Counted from the first letter of the stretch, positions 9,662 to 20,023 are shown. The stretch: DNA of 64,000 bases from Phycisphaerae bacterium (GCA_963675745.2 CAXXWX010000003.1:32001-96000); one strand, 5' to 3'. Notes: generated from the letters alone by a model not told the origin. Made by a program: numbers and translations.

Positions 9662-9808
9662 GTATTGGTAACCTCCTCGCCGGCCGGTTGCGGCAATACT
9701 CCCATGTCTGAATACTATGGGTAAAATCGGTGATAGCCAGTGGCAAATTCTGCAAACCTCATTTTCAGCCACGTACCCAGCCGACAGACCTAGGCGCAGG
9801 AGTCAGCC

Positions 9809-10987
9809 ATGAGCGTGACGATTCTGAAACAGGCCCAGGCTATTGCGGATGATCTCGTCGACTGGCGGCGACACCTGCACGCACATCCCGAACTCAGCGG
9901 CCAGGAGGAACAGACGGCCGGCTTCGTTGCCGAACAGCTTCGCGCCATGGGCTTTGCGCCGATCGAGCGCTTTGGCGATTCGTGGGGTGTCGTGGCCGAC
10001 CTGGCGGTCAACGATCAACCGCTGGTCGCGCTGCGTGCCGACATGGATGCACTGCCGGTTACCGAGGAAAATAACGTCCCATATGCCTCGCGCACGCCCG
10101 GTGTCATGCACGCGTGCGGCCACGATGCCCACACCGCCATGCTCCTCGGCGCCGCGCGGCTCTTGCGCGAGCGGCAAGCCGAGTTGAAACGCTCGGTCCG
10201 CTTTATCTTTCAGCCACACGAGGAGTATTTCCCCGGCGGGGCGGCACCGATGATCGCCGCCGGTGTGCTCGACGGCGTGGAACGCGTCTTTGGCCTGCAC
10301 GTCTGGTCGCAGCTCGCGTCCGGAACACTGGGTGTCTGTGATGGGCCGTTCATGGCCAGCCCCTCCGACATGAGCATCACGGTCACCGGCGCCGGTGGAC
10401 ATGCCGCTCTGCCGCACGAGTGCGTGGACCCGATTGTCGCCGCCGCCGGCATTGTGGTCGAGCTGCAATCAGTGATCAGCCGTTCGGTATGCCCCAACGA
10501 TGTCGCGGTCGTTTCGGTAACGCAGTTTCACGCGGGCAGCAGCTTCAATGTCATCCCGTCCGAGGCGCAGATCGGCGGCACCATCCGGACGTTTGATCGC
10601 GCCGTACGTGACCGCATTTGTGAGCGCGTCGAGACCATCGCGCGCCAGGTTGCCGCGGCCCACGGTGCGCAAGCGGAGGTGAAGATCGAACATGGTTACC
10701 CGACGCTGGTGAATGACACGGCGGTTATGCGGCAGGCAATCCAGTCCGCCAAACACGTGGGGTTCAAACCGGACCAGATAGAGACCATGTCACCAATCGG
10801 TGGTGGCGAGGATTTCGCGTACTACTGTCAGAAGGTGCCGGGGGCTTTCGTGTTTCTCGGCAGCGGCAACCCGGATAAAGGAACCGATCACCCGCATCAT
10901 CACCAGTGCTTTGACATCGACGAGCGCGTTTTGCCATGGGGCAGCGCGCTGCTCGCTCAATTCTGTCTGGACTGCGCCGGCGCCTAG
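9809..10987 (+). CDS. M20D family amidohydrolase
   Basis: RRHLHAHPELS, LRADMDALP, MHACGHDAH, FQPHEE and GEDF motifs. Confidence 0.95.
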   Translation: MSVTILKQAQAIADDLVDWRRHLHAHPELSGQEEQTAGFVAEQLRAMGFAPIERFGDSWGVVADLAVNDQPLVALRADMDALPVTEENNVPYASRTPGVMHACGHDAHTAMLLGAARLLRERQAELKRSVRFIFQPHEEYFPGGAAPMIAAGVLDGVERVFGLHVWSQLASGTLGVCDGPFMASPSDMSITVTGAGGHAALPHECVDPIVAAAGIVVELQSVISRSVCPNDVAVVSVTQFHAGSSFNVIPSEAQIGGTIRTFDRAVRDRICERVETIARQVAAAHGAQAEVKIEHGYPTLVNDTAVMRQAIQSAKHVGFKPDQIETMSPIGGGEDFAYYCQKVPGAFVFLGSGNPDKGTDHPHHHQCFDIDERVLPWGSALLAQFCLDCAGA

Positions 10988-11123
10988 TGCGGTTTCAGTA
11001 ATGATGCGGTGGCATACACTGTCGGGGTGGGTCGGGCGTCTCGCCCGACTTCGACGTACATAGGCGGGCGGGACGCCCGCCCCACCCGCGTATGGGTAAC
11101 GGACTGTTGTTGAAACCGCGCGA
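10985..11123. mobile_element. MITE-like element, copy 1
   Basis: TAGtGCGGTTTCA...TGAAACCGCgcgA termini and internal REP-like hairpins; near-identical to 61224-61369. Confidence 0.8.
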
Positions 11124-11133
11124 GTGCATCACG

Positions 11134-12471
11134 TCACGGGTTCCTGAAGAACTCTGGCGGCGGCTTGTCGTCCTTTTCCTTCTCACGCGATCGCTCGCGC
11201 TCCTCGGCGGTGTCCTCGTCAGAATCTTCCTCGGCTTCGGCCTCCAACTCTTCCTCTGACGGCTCCGTTTGCGGCGGCTTGATGTAATTGGCGACGACAC
11301 GCTTCAGGTCGTCAGGGGCGCGCGACTGTTCCGCCAGCCAAACGGTCAGATACTCGTCATCGACATCCTCCGCGTCAGCTTCCATGAGCATGACATCGAT
11401 GATCGGCAGAAGCATGCCATTGTCGGTGGCATACGTGCAGAGCTCGTCAAACGCCTTTCTCAGCTCGGCAGCCATTTCCTCGCGCTGCTCGGAGGACATG
11501 CTTGCGCGCGCAGAGCGTCCGCCGCCTCTGCCCGGTTTCTCACTGGGGGCAAAGGTCTTCCACAAGCGGCGATATGTTGATGTCAGCGCCGTTGCGTCCT
11601 TGTCGCCAGGTTCGATGACTTGCAGAATGCGATGTGCCGTGCGCAGCATATTGCCGATGCGTCGATCGGCGTTTTGCACGGCGCGGCGGAACTTCCGTTG
11701 CTCGCCGGTAAGTTTCGTGAGTGCCGCCGCGTTGGCATTGTTGGCGTAGCGAACCTTGCCGGTTGACTCGATCTCCAACTCATCAAATGCCTTGGCATTA
11801 CCGGCTTGATCGTTACCACGCATGCCCCGGCTGCCAGATGAGCTGCGGCCGCTTCGCGACCCCCGGCTGCTTCGGCTGCCACGGCTGCTCCGGCTACTCG
11901 TGCGCGAACGATCCTCGCGTTGCTCTTCCAGGCTGCGCTCCCGCCGTCCGCCACCCGAGTTCGACCAGACCGGCGTTGGTACCACCTCGAGGAACGCTCC
12001 CTGCCAGATTGCAGTCGCGCGCGCCGGGTCGGGGTCGTCATTATCCTCGATGCGGTTGAGATCGTCTTCCGTGGCGTCGATCGCGCCGCGCACAATCCGC
12101 TGGGCCAGCTCCAACTGCACGTCCTGATCACCCTCATGCCACTTGAGCATCATGGCGAGCGTCTGGCGATGGTAGTCGGTGGCCACACGCTGCGCGACGA
12201 GTGTGCCGAGCTTCAAGCGCTGCGGTTTGTATGCGATGCGCTCGGCCGGATCTGGATCCGACTCCTCCAGTTCGCCGGCCAGCTCGGCAATCTCGGTATC
12301 GAGCTTGGCGATGGCGGCCTCTGCATCGGCGATCTCCTTCTTGAGCAACTCCGCCGGCTCGGGCTCGTCCGCGGCGGCCCCGCCCGAATCCGGTGGCGCG
12401 GCATAAGCACCGCCAACACCGATTAGCAGGCAGAATGCGAGGATGAATGAACAATCGAATAGTCTGCGCAT
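11134..12471 (-). CDS. Hypothetical secreted protein
   Basis: Signal-peptide-like N-terminus ending AYA, helical segments, a Ser/Arg/Gly-rich linker and an acidic tail; GAGGAG SD. Confidence 0.75.
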   Translation of the reverse strand: MRRLFDCSFILAFCLLIGVGGAYAAPPDSGGAAADEPEPAELLKKEIADAEAAIAKLDTEIAELAGELEESDPDPAERIAYKPQRLKLGTLVAQRVATDYHRQTLAMMLKWHEGDQDVQLELAQRIVRGAIDATEDDLNRIEDNDDPDPARATAIWQGAFLEVVPTPVWSNSGGGRRERSLEEQREDRSRTSSRSSRGSRSSRGSRSGRSSSGSRGMRGNDQAGNAKAFDELEIESTGKVRYANNANAAALTKLTGEQRKFRRAVQNADRRIGNMLRTAHRILQVIEPGDKDATALTSTYRRLWKTFAPSEKPGRGGGRSARASMSSEQREEMAAELRKAFDELCTYATDNGMLLPIIDVMLMEADAEDVDDEYLTVWLAEQSRAPDDLKRVVANYIKPPQTEPSEEELEAEAEEDSDEDTAEERERSREKEKDDKPPPEFFRNP

Positions 12472-12829
12472 AGCAATCTCCTCGACGGCGTGTAATCAAC
12501 CAACGCCACGGCGCGCCATCATCGCCGATAGTGCCCCCGCGCGACAAGTCATCGGCCTCGCGAACCGGCAATTCGCGTTGCCGGCGTGAGTCCTCGCGGT
12601 TGCGGGGCGCATTAGCCGCGCACCTGCCGGCGCGCCTCGGTGTAGTCGGCATACACTGCGCACAAAGGGGAATACGGCAAGGTTGTTAGGTTACTATTCG
12701 GGTGTCAATAGCGTGCGTCTCAGGGTAAACCCGGTGCTTGCACAGCATGTGGGGGTCGGGGGGCGGGCACAGCGCAAGCTATTGTGTAGCATGGCTTTAC
12801 GGAAATGCCAGATTTATCGCATTGTGGGT

Positions 12830-12858
12830 TTGACCGCCACCACATATTGTGTTATTCT
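12830..12858 (+). promoter_or_regulatory. Sigma70-type promoter of nrdJ with an NrdR box in the spacer
   Basis: TTGACC-N17-TATTCT. CCACCACATATTGTG (12837-12851) matches the NrdR consensus acaCwAtATaTwGtg. Confidence 0.7.
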
Positions 12859-13000
12859 AATGATTGCCGCCCAAGTGATGGGGTAGGGGCACGCACCCCA
12901 ATCAGCGACGGCCGGGTTGATTAATGTAGTCGTGGTAACACGTCTGCGCGGGAATTCTGCGCGCTGTTGGCACGTCATCGTACGGAAAGGAGTTCGAACG

Positions 13001-15880
13001 ATGTCCCCCCCCTCCAACGGCCCCCATAGCTCCGCCGAGAACAGGAAGTTCGCCGAACCGGTGCTTACGGAAAACGCCCGTGAGGTGCTTGCGGCACGCT
13101 ACCTCAAGAAGGATGAGGCCGGCGGGTGTTGCGAGGATGCCAAGACGCTCTTCAGGCGGGTCGCCGAGACGATCGCCGACGTCGAGCTTCAATACGGCTG
13201 CGCAACAGTGGATCGCGATAAGTGGACCGCGCGATTCTATGACCTGATCGCAAGTGGGCGGTTCATGCCGAATTCACCCACGCTGATGAACGCGGGGCGC
13301 GAAATGGGCATGCTCTCCGCCTGCTTCGTCCTGCCGGTCAGAGACTCGGTCGACGAGATCTTCGACAGCATCAAGCACACCGCGCTGATCCAGAAGGCCG
13401 GCGGCGGGACGGGCTTCGCTTTTGACGAACTGCGGCCGACCGGCGACTACATCCAGAGCAGTGGCGGAACAACCAGCGGCCCGATCACCTTCTGGCGGGC
13501 CTTCAGTGAGGCGACCAACGCGATTCAGCAAGGCGCCTTTCGACGCGGCGCGAACATGGGGATGATGTATATTCATCACCCCGACATACTGAAGTTCCTG
13601 CACTCGAAGCAGGATCTCGGGCAGTTCACCAACTACAACATCTCGGTCAAGATCACCGACACCTGGATGGACGAGTTTCTCGCCGATCCTGATGCGCCCC
13701 ATGTCGTGCGCAATCCGCGCACCGGCAAGTCGTACGTCATCCCGCGTGATGTCGATATCGAAGCGTACAACATGCGCTCGTTGATCCAGATAGAGTGTGT
13801 CGCCCCCATCGATCGCACGGGGTTGCAGCGCTATTACGAATCGCCGCGGATCGTGGGGCCGTTGCCCGAGACGCTGTGCGGCGACGTCTATACCAAGCGC
13901 GACATCTGGCAGATTATCATCAAGAACGCCTGGCAAACGGGCGAGCCGGGCGTTGTCTTCATCGACCGCATCAATGAGCACAATCCCACACCGCAGGTTG
14001 GTCGCATCGAGGCGACGAACCCGTGCGGCGAGCAGCCGTTGCTGCCGTACGAAGCATGCAATCTGGGCAGTATCAACCTGGGCAGCTTCGTGCGGGATGT
14101 GAGCAAGCCCACGGCTTGGGTGGACTGGGACGGCTTGCGCGAGACGGTTCACCTCGCCGTGCGGTTTCTGGACGATGTGATAGACGCCAACAACTACCCG
14201 CTGGCGGAGATCGAACGCATCTGCCGCGCGAACCGCAAGATAGGCCTGGGCATCATGGGTTTCGCCGACGCGCTGTTCAAGCTGGGCGTCGCGTACAACA
14301 GTGACCAGGGCGTTGAGTGGGGCGGGCGTTTCATGGCGTTCATAAACGAAGCGGCTCACAGCGCCAGCGAAGCTCTGGCCCGGGATCGTGGCTGCTTCGA
14401 AAATTGGCGCGGCAGTGTCTGGCGGACGAAGCACAACCGCATGATGCGCAACGCCGCCGTCACCACCGTCGCGCCGACCGGTACGATCAGCATTATCGCC
14501 GACTGCTCCGGCGGCATTGAACCGCTGTTCTCACTGGCGTTTGTGCGCAATGTGCTGCGGGAACAACGGCAGGGCGGCAAGCCGCTGGTGGAAATAAACG
14601 ACACGTTTCGGCAGGTTGCCGAGGCCGGCGGGTTTCTCTCCGACGAATTGCTGGAGCGGTTGGCAAACGAGGGTTCACTGGCGCATATCGAGGGCGTGCC
14701 GGACGAGGTCAAGCGCGTCTTCGTATGTGCTCATGACATATCGCCGGAATGGCACGTGCGCATGCAAGCCGCGTTTCAGCAACATTGTGATTCGTCGATC
14801 AGCAAGACGATCAACTTCCCGCACCGGGCGACGCCGCCCGACGTTGCGCAGATCTACACGTTGGCATACAAGTCCGGCTGCAAGGGGGTGACCGTGTATC
14901 GGGATGGATGTCGCGAATTGCAGCCGATGTCGCTGAAGCGCGATCAGGCACCGTCTGCCGACAGCGAGACGCCGGCTGAGAGCGCCGCCGCGCCCGTGGC
15001 GGTCCCGGTTGTGGAACAGCCGGACGACTTGGGCGGGATCCTGCCGCCGAAGGTCGAGCCGTGTGATCTTCCGGCGATTGTCAGCGGTCTGCGGATTCGG
15101 CAGCTCACCCCATTCGGCAACATGCACGTAAAAATCACGGTCGACCCGCGCACTGAGCGCGAACTGGAGGTGTTCGCCCAACTCGGCAAGGGTGGTGATG
15201 TTGCGAACAGCGATCTGGAGGCCGTGTGCCGCATCACCTCGCTCCATCTGCGCAGCGGTGGCATGCTACGCCATGTCGTGAAACAACTGGAGGGGATCGG
15301 CTCGTCGCTACAGATCCCCACGCGCGGCGGCCGCATCATGTCGTTGGGGGATGGCCTGGCCAGCGCGCTCAAGAAGTACATGCGTGCGAAAGAGCGTTTC
15401 GGTTTGCGCTCTCTGCTGCTTGGGGAGGTCGATCCGGCCGAAATCGACAATCCACGTCCCGCCCCGCATTCGACAAAGAGTGTGCTGGTCGATCGCAAGC
15501 CCACTCCGGCGGAACCACTACCGGTCGCGGCCCCCGCGCCATCAGGCAAGAACGGCAATGGCAACGGAAAGGGAAATGGTAATGGCCGGCGCCATGACGG
15601 GATTGACGTTGCGGCGCAGCTCGTGAACCAGACAGGGATGGACGCCGGCCATGACCCAGCCGTCGGCACGCTGTTCGCGCAGCAGCTTGTCGCGGTCGCG
15701 GCTCCCGCGTCAAAAAAGAGTGAGCCGGTGCCTTCACCGACTTCGTCTGCCTGGGCCGCGACACGCAAGACACACGATGCCGCGGCATACTACAAACTGC
15801 ACTGCCCCGAATGTGATAGCGTCTTGCAGACACAGGAAGGCTGCCGTAAGTGCCAGGGATGCGGCTGGTCCGCGTGCTGA
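13001..15880 (+). CDS. nrdJ: Adenosylcobalamin-dependent (class II) ribonucleotide reductase with a TSCPD-like domain
   Basis: FMPNSPTLMNAG, LSACF, TNPCGEQPL, EACNLGS, APTGTIS and SISKTIN motifs; C-terminal CPEC..CRKCQGCGWSAC; no nrdB nearby; AAAGGAG SD before the ATG at 13001. Confidence 0.92.
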   Translation: MSPPSNGPHSSAENRKFAEPVLTENAREVLAARYLKKDEAGGCCEDAKTLFRRVAETIADVELQYGCATVDRDKWTARFYDLIASGRFMPNSPTLMNAGREMGMLSACFVLPVRDSVDEIFDSIKHTALIQKAGGGTGFAFDELRPTGDYIQSSGGTTSGPITFWRAFSEATNAIQQGAFRRGANMGMMYIHHPDILKFLHSKQDLGQFTNYNISVKITDTWMDEFLADPDAPHVVRNPRTGKSYVIPRDVDIEAYNMRSLIQIECVAPIDRTGLQRYYESPRIVGPLPETLCGDVYTKRDIWQIIIKNAWQTGEPGVVFIDRINEHNPTPQVGRIEATNPCGEQPLLPYEACNLGSINLGSFVRDVSKPTAWVDWDGLRETVHLAVRFLDDVIDANNYPLAEIERICRANRKIGLGIMGFADALFKLGVAYNSDQGVEWGGRFMAFINEAAHSASEALARDRGCFENWRGSVWRTKHNRMMRNAAVTTVAPTGTISIIADCSGGIEPLFSLAFVRNVLREQRQGGKPLVEINDTFRQVAEAGGFLSDELLERLANEGSLAHIEGVPDEVKRVFVCAHDISPEWHVRMQAAFQQHCDSSISKTINFPHRATPPDVAQIYTLAYKSGCKGVTVYRDGCRELQPMSLKRDQAPSADSETPAESAAAPVAVPVVEQPDDLGGILPPKVEPCDLPAIVSGLRIRQLTPFGNMHVKITVDPRTERELEVFAQLGKGGDVANSDLEAVCRITSLHLRSGGMLRHVVKQLEGIGSSLQIPTRGGRIMSLGDGLASALKKYMRAKERFGLRSLLLGEVDPAEIDNPRPAPHSTKSVLVDRKPTPAEPLPVAAPAPSGKNGNGNGKGNGNGRRHDGIDVAAQLVNQTGMDAGHDPAVGTLFAQQLVAVAAPASKKSEPVPSPTSSAWAATRKTHDAAAYYKLHCPECDSVLQTQEGCRKCQGCGWSAC

Positions 15881-15965
15881 ACCTCCGCGCAAGATCCGGC
15901 AACCTGCAAAGCGCCGCCGGCCTAAGCCCAATTGCTTGTTGGGAATGTCCTGACCGGCGCGAGCA

Positions 15966-16511
15966 TTACGGCGCTAATTCATCCGACACGAGGTCATCCT
16001 CCGTATCGAACTTGCCGTCAAAGCATGCGCTGCGCAGGTCGAAGGTTCCGTCATCGTTTGGTGTGTAGCGTAGTTCGCGATCCCAACCATCGACGGTGGC
16101 CACGCCGCTCTGCTCCAACACAGTCTTCCAGTTGTCGGAATCGGGGAGCTGTCCGCTATTCGCGCCCTGATGTGCCACAATAGCTTCATGCCCCGCTTGC
16201 AGGATCATGACGGTGTTCATCAAACGCATCCCCTCGCGTGGAAGGGGCGATAGGGCTACGGCGATGATCCCCACCGTCCCGAGAAATCCGATCACCAGCC
16301 CGGCGATCGCAAACCCGCGCGGCGGCTTGAACGCCGCAATCAAGCTCACCAGAAGCCCGATCGGGCATAGCAGCCCACACGTACACAAGAGGCCGAAAAG
16401 GGAGACGATGAACCCGACAAGCCCGAGGATATTGCGGCGTTTCGTTGGGGCCATCTCTTCGAGTGGCGGCGGCTCAAAGCCGGGCGCGGTGTATTCGGGG
16501 ATCGTGGACAT
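15966..16511 (-). CDS. DUF4190-like membrane protein with a GspG-like C-terminus
   Basis: GLLVSLIAA...PRGFAIAGLVIG hairpin, followed by DGWDRELRY..FDLRSACFDGKFDTEDD. Confidence 0.7.
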   Translation of the reverse strand: MSTIPEYTAPGFEPPPLEEMAPTKRRNILGLVGFIVSLFGLLCTCGLLCPIGLLVSLIAAFKPPRGFAIAGLVIGFLGTVGIIAVALSPLPREGMRLMNTVMILQAGHEAIVAHQGANSGQLPDSDNWKTVLEQSGVATVDGWDRELRYTPNDDGTFDLRSACFDGKFDTEDDLVSDELAP

Positions 16512-16715
16512 GCGTGTTCCTTTGTTCGGGCCCTGAGCATTCGTGTGGGCTGAGATGGATTCGGAGCCTCAACAGCCCCGCGTATGGTCAGGTAGACAGG
16601 CGCGAATATCAAGGGGGGCTTGCCGCGCTTACGTCTTGCCTGCGACACATCGTCGCAGCGTAGGTCGAGCTTGGTGAGACCCGCCATTGCAACTGCGAAG
16701 CGGCTGCCCGTAGGC

Positions 16716-18038
16716 TCAGACCACACGTAGCTTCGCTTTCGACTCGCGAGGGTACGACAGGCGCAAGAGGACCGCCCAGGCGATCACGACAGTGGTCAGT
16801 TGCGCGCCGGCTGCTCGCGCTGCCGGCAGGGCCAACAGTGCCAGGCCGACCAGCCAGGCGAGCAGCGCCACAATCGCCAGGCGGTACTCAATCGAGCGCG
16901 CGGCCTCGGCGCGCTGCGCGCGATCCGCCAGGTAGGCCACCGGCCAATACATCAGCACGAAGTAATGCGTCCACACCAGCGGCGACGCGAGCAGCATCAC
17001 ACAACACCACAGACCGAACTGTGCCCGCACGGCGTTGATCGATGCCGTCTCCGCCGGTGGCCAGCGTGACGGGCCGGACAGCGTCGCCATGACCGTTGCT
17101 CCGAGCAGGCCGGCCATTCCCAACAGGTACAACCAAAAGACCACGCCGCGCGGCAGATCCACGATGTTCACATACATATCGCTGCCGGGCCGGCCGCTGG
17201 TGTGGGTCAGCAGACGGCGGAACACGATGGGCAACGACTGGTTGCTGTAATCCGCTTTGCGCGGCGCCGCGGCGGTGATCGTCGTGCGCGCGGAGTGCTC
17301 AAAGAGCGCGCCCCTGATGAAACTGTCGTGTTGCCGCAGCGCCTCGCCGTAGCCAATGGTGATCGCCGGAAAGCCCCATCCGCCGACGAGGCTGACGATC
17401 GCGGCGCTTGCCGCCACGCGCCAACGCCGCTTCAGCAGGAAAAATACCAGCAGCGCGCCGGGTAGCAGCTTGATCAAGAGCGCCAATCCCAGGGGCACGC
17501 CCGCCAGCCACTCGCGCTGCTGTTCGAACAGCACCCAGGTGGCGATGATGAGAAACAGCAACAGGATGTTCACCGTCCCGAGCACCGCACTGGCGCAGAC
17601 ATATGCCAGGATCAGGCCCAGCGCCGCAAGCGTCGCCCGGCGTGGTCGGCGGTCGAGCCGCTGGTTCAACAGCATCTCGACCAGCACCACGGCCAGCGCG
17701 CACAGCCCCAACGAAAACAGCGTGAAGACACCGGCGGCCAGCGGCAGCGGCAGGAGGCTCCACGGGAGCATGAAGATCGTGAAAAACGGCAAGTAGTTGT
17801 GTACGCCGAACTCGCTGCTGATCTCGCCGGTCTGGCGGAAGTGACGAGCGGTGAACCAGAAGTCACGAAAGTCGCTTGTCGACGCTTCGCGAGCGGCCGC
17901 ATAGTCGTCCATGTCGCTTAAGCCGACGGTGCGGACAGTGGCGATTGTCGTCAGCACGGCGACCACGGCCACCGCGGCGACAATGAGTGGCAGCCAGCCG
18001 CGCAGCTTGCCGTTCGGCTTGTCCAATCCGGCGATCAA
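16716..18038 (-). CDS. Glycosyltransferase family 87 (GT-C, DUF2029-like)
   Basis: DFRDFW, NYLPFF..FMLP, G.VNIL, LIKLLP, NQSL and SPLVWTHY motifs; multi-TM. Confidence 0.85.
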   Translation of the reverse strand: MIAGLDKPNGKLRGWLPLIVAAVAVVAVLTTIATVRTVGLSDMDDYAAAREASTSDFRDFWFTARHFRQTGEISSEFGVHNYLPFFTIFMLPWSLLPLPLAAGVFTLFSLGLCALAVVLVEMLLNQRLDRRPRRATLAALGLILAYVCASAVLGTVNILLLFLIIATWVLFEQQREWLAGVPLGLALLIKLLPGALLVFFLLKRRWRVAASAAIVSLVGGWGFPAITIGYGEALRQHDSFIRGALFEHSARTTITAAAPRKADYSNQSLPIVFRRLLTHTSGRPGSDMYVNIVDLPRGVVFWLYLLGMAGLLGATVMATLSGPSRWPPAETASINAVRAQFGLWCCVMLLASPLVWTHYFVLMYWPVAYLADRAQRAEAARSIEYRLAIVALLAWLVGLALLALPAARAAGAQLTTVVIAWAVLLRLSYPRESKAKLRVV

Positions 18039-18039
18039 A

Positions 18040-18771
18040 TCACGCCCGCCTGCCGCGTGTCAGCACATAGCCGTACAGTCGCACAAGGTGGCGCATGTAG
18101 CGCAACTGTTCGGCCAGGCTGAGCTTGGTCTCACCGGCGGCGCGATCGGAAAATGTGATCGGAACCTCCACGACGTTCGTCCAACCGTGCCGCACAATCA
18201 ACTCCAGCGCTATCTTGTAGCCGATCGGCGCCAGACGCTCCATGTCCAGGTCGGCGCGGCGCACACAGAAGAAGCCCGCCATCATGTCGCGCACCGGCGT
18301 CAGTGGGCGCGCCAGCATCCGACCCACCCAGCTATTCAGCCGACGGTGCAGCGGCCACTTGAGATCGACCCGGCCGCCCCTCACAAACCGGCTGCCGATG
18401 ACCATTTGTACCTCGGGCGCGCGGAGATTCTCGAGCAGCACGGGGATCGCCTCGGGGGGATGTGACAGGTCGGCGTCCATGCTGACAATCATCGCGCCAC
18501 GCGCCGCCGACATGCCGTGAAGGACGGCGGTAGCCAGGCCGCGCTCCGCCTTGCGCACGATACACCGCAAAGGGTAACTCTGCGCCAGACGCTCGGCCTC
18601 CTCCGCCGTACCGTCGGGAGAGGCATCGTCGATCACAAGCAATTCGGTGTCCCGTGGGTCCAATACCGCAAAAACGCGCTCCACCAGCGGCGCCAGATTG
18701 GCGCGCTCGTTATAGGTAGGGATGACGATGCTGACCGCCGTTGCCGCGTTGCTGTTGTGCCGGGGCGTCAT
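18040..18771 (-). CDS. Polyprenol monophosphomannose synthase (GT2, DPM1-like)
   Basis: IPTYNERANL, IDDASPDGT, MDADLSHPPE, IGSRFV.GG and GYKIALEL motifs. Confidence 0.9.
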   Translation of the reverse strand: MTPRHNSNAATAVSIVIPTYNERANLAPLVERVFAVLDPRDTELLVIDDASPDGTAEEAERLAQSYPLRCIVRKAERGLATAVLHGMSAARGAMIVSMDADLSHPPEAIPVLLENLRAPEVQMVIGSRFVRGGRVDLKWPLHRRLNSWVGRMLARPLTPVRDMMAGFFCVRRADLDMERLAPIGYKIALELIVRHGWTNVVEVPITFSDRAAGETKLSLAEQLRYMRHLVRLYGYVLTRGRRA

Positions 18772-19472
18772 CAGTTTGTGAAGGCGAAGCGGACAATTGC
18801 GAACATGGCGGCGATCCCGTCGCGCCAGGTGATCTTCTTGCCCTCGTCATAACAGCGGCCCGAGTAGCTGATGCCAATCTCGTAAATGCGCCACTTGCCG
18901 CGGGCCACCTTGGCGGTCATCTCCGGCTCGATGCCAAAGCGGTTGCTCTTCAGCTTCAGGCTCTTGACGACTTCGGCGCGAAAACACTTATAACACGTCT
19001 CCATGTCGGTCAGGTTCAGGTTGGTGAACATGTTGCTGACCGTTGTGAGAAAGCGGTTGCCGAGATAATGCCAGTAGTACAGCACGCGGTGCTCGTCACC
19101 GCCGACGAACCGTGAGCCGTAGACGACGTCGGCGCGACCATCGAGGATCGGTCGCAGCAAGCGCGGATAGTCGCGCGGATCGTATTCGAGATCGGCGTCC
19201 TGAATCACCACGATATCGCCGGTGAAATTGGCGAACCCCGTGCGGACAGCGGCCCCTTTACCCTTGTTCACGTCGTGCTTGACGACCGTAATGCGCGCCC
19301 CGGGGAATTCGCCGTCGAGTTTCTCGTATAGCTCGCGCGTGCCATCGGTGGAGTAGTCATCAACGACGATGAGTTCCAGGTCGAGCTCGACCGGAGCCGC
19401 CAGCACACGGCGAATCAGCTCGACCAGGGTCTCTCGCTCGTTATAAACCGGAATGACGATGGACAGCACCAT
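18771..19472 (-). CDS. GT2 glycosyltransferase (DPM/DPG synthase-like)
   Basis: [40 protein letters not shown] and [10 protein letters not shown] motifs; GGAGG SD. Confidence 0.92.
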   Translation of the reverse strand: MVLSIVIPVYNERETLVELIRRVLAAPVELDLELIVVDDYSTDGTRELYEKLDGEFPGARITVVKHDVNKGKGAAVRTGFANFTGDIVVIQDADLEYDPRDYPRLLRPILDGRADVVYGSRFVGGDEHRVLYYWHYLGNRFLTTVSNMFTNLNLTDMETCYKCFRAEVVKSLKLKSNRFGIEPEMTAKVARGKWRIYEIGISYSGRCYDEGKKITWRDGIAAMFAIVRFAFTN

Positions 19473-19519
19473 GGCAGCGGTAACCTCCCGAGCTAAGCGC
19501 GACAAATTGTGCCGGGCCT

Positions 19520-20023
19520 TCAGGCTGGCAGCACAAGTAACGGATGTGCCTCGGCGTCACAGGTGATCAGCGCCTCGCGCAACTGCGCCCGCAGCGTCAG
19601 GATCGGCAAGCGCCACAACTGGTGCGCCAGGCGTGACACTCGTTTCAGGCCGGGCTCGGGTTCGGCGAAGGCATCAAGCAGGGCGCGTTCCTTCGGGAAA
19701 CAGTCGAATTCTGGGCGACGAAACTCCTCCCACGTATCCAACAAGACGGGCAGGTGCAGCTCGTCGCGCCGGCGCACCCAGCTCAGACCGGCAAAAACCA
19801 GCAGCGCCGCGGACTGCAACTGCCCCTCAACCCGGTGCGCCACCATGAAGTGCCGCACCGCCGAGGCGACCCTGCCGCGTTCCCAACACTGGCAGCCCAA
19901 CAAGTAAGCGGTCACCGGGCAACGCGGGTTGCGCGGGTGTTGCTGACACAGCAGATCCCACAACGCGCCGCGCTCGCAACGCGCATACTGTGAGACTGCC
20001 TGCATAAACCGCTTGGTACGCAT
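19520..20023 (-). CDS. Hypothetical protein
   Basis: ORF co-oriented within the cluster, with a weak TPR-like segment ([21 protein letters not shown]). Confidence 0.55.
   Translation of the reverse strand: MRTKRFMQAVSQYARCERGALWDLLCQQHPRNPRCPVTAYLLGCQCWERGRVASAVRHFMVAHRVEGQLQSAALLVFAGLSWVRRRDELHLPVLLDTWEEFRRPEFDCFPKERALLDAFAEPEPGLKRVSRLAHQLWRLPILTLRAQLREALITCDAEAHPLLVLPA

Noticed and set aside
12860..13000. Cobalamin riboswitch ahead of nrdJ
   Set aside because: The leader is short and no B12-box was recognisable by eye; an Rfam scan would be decisive.
13001..15880. Intein or intron in nrdJ
   Set aside because: The ORF is continuous, the insert is short, and no C/S...HN-C/S/T junction or LAGLIDADG motif was seen.
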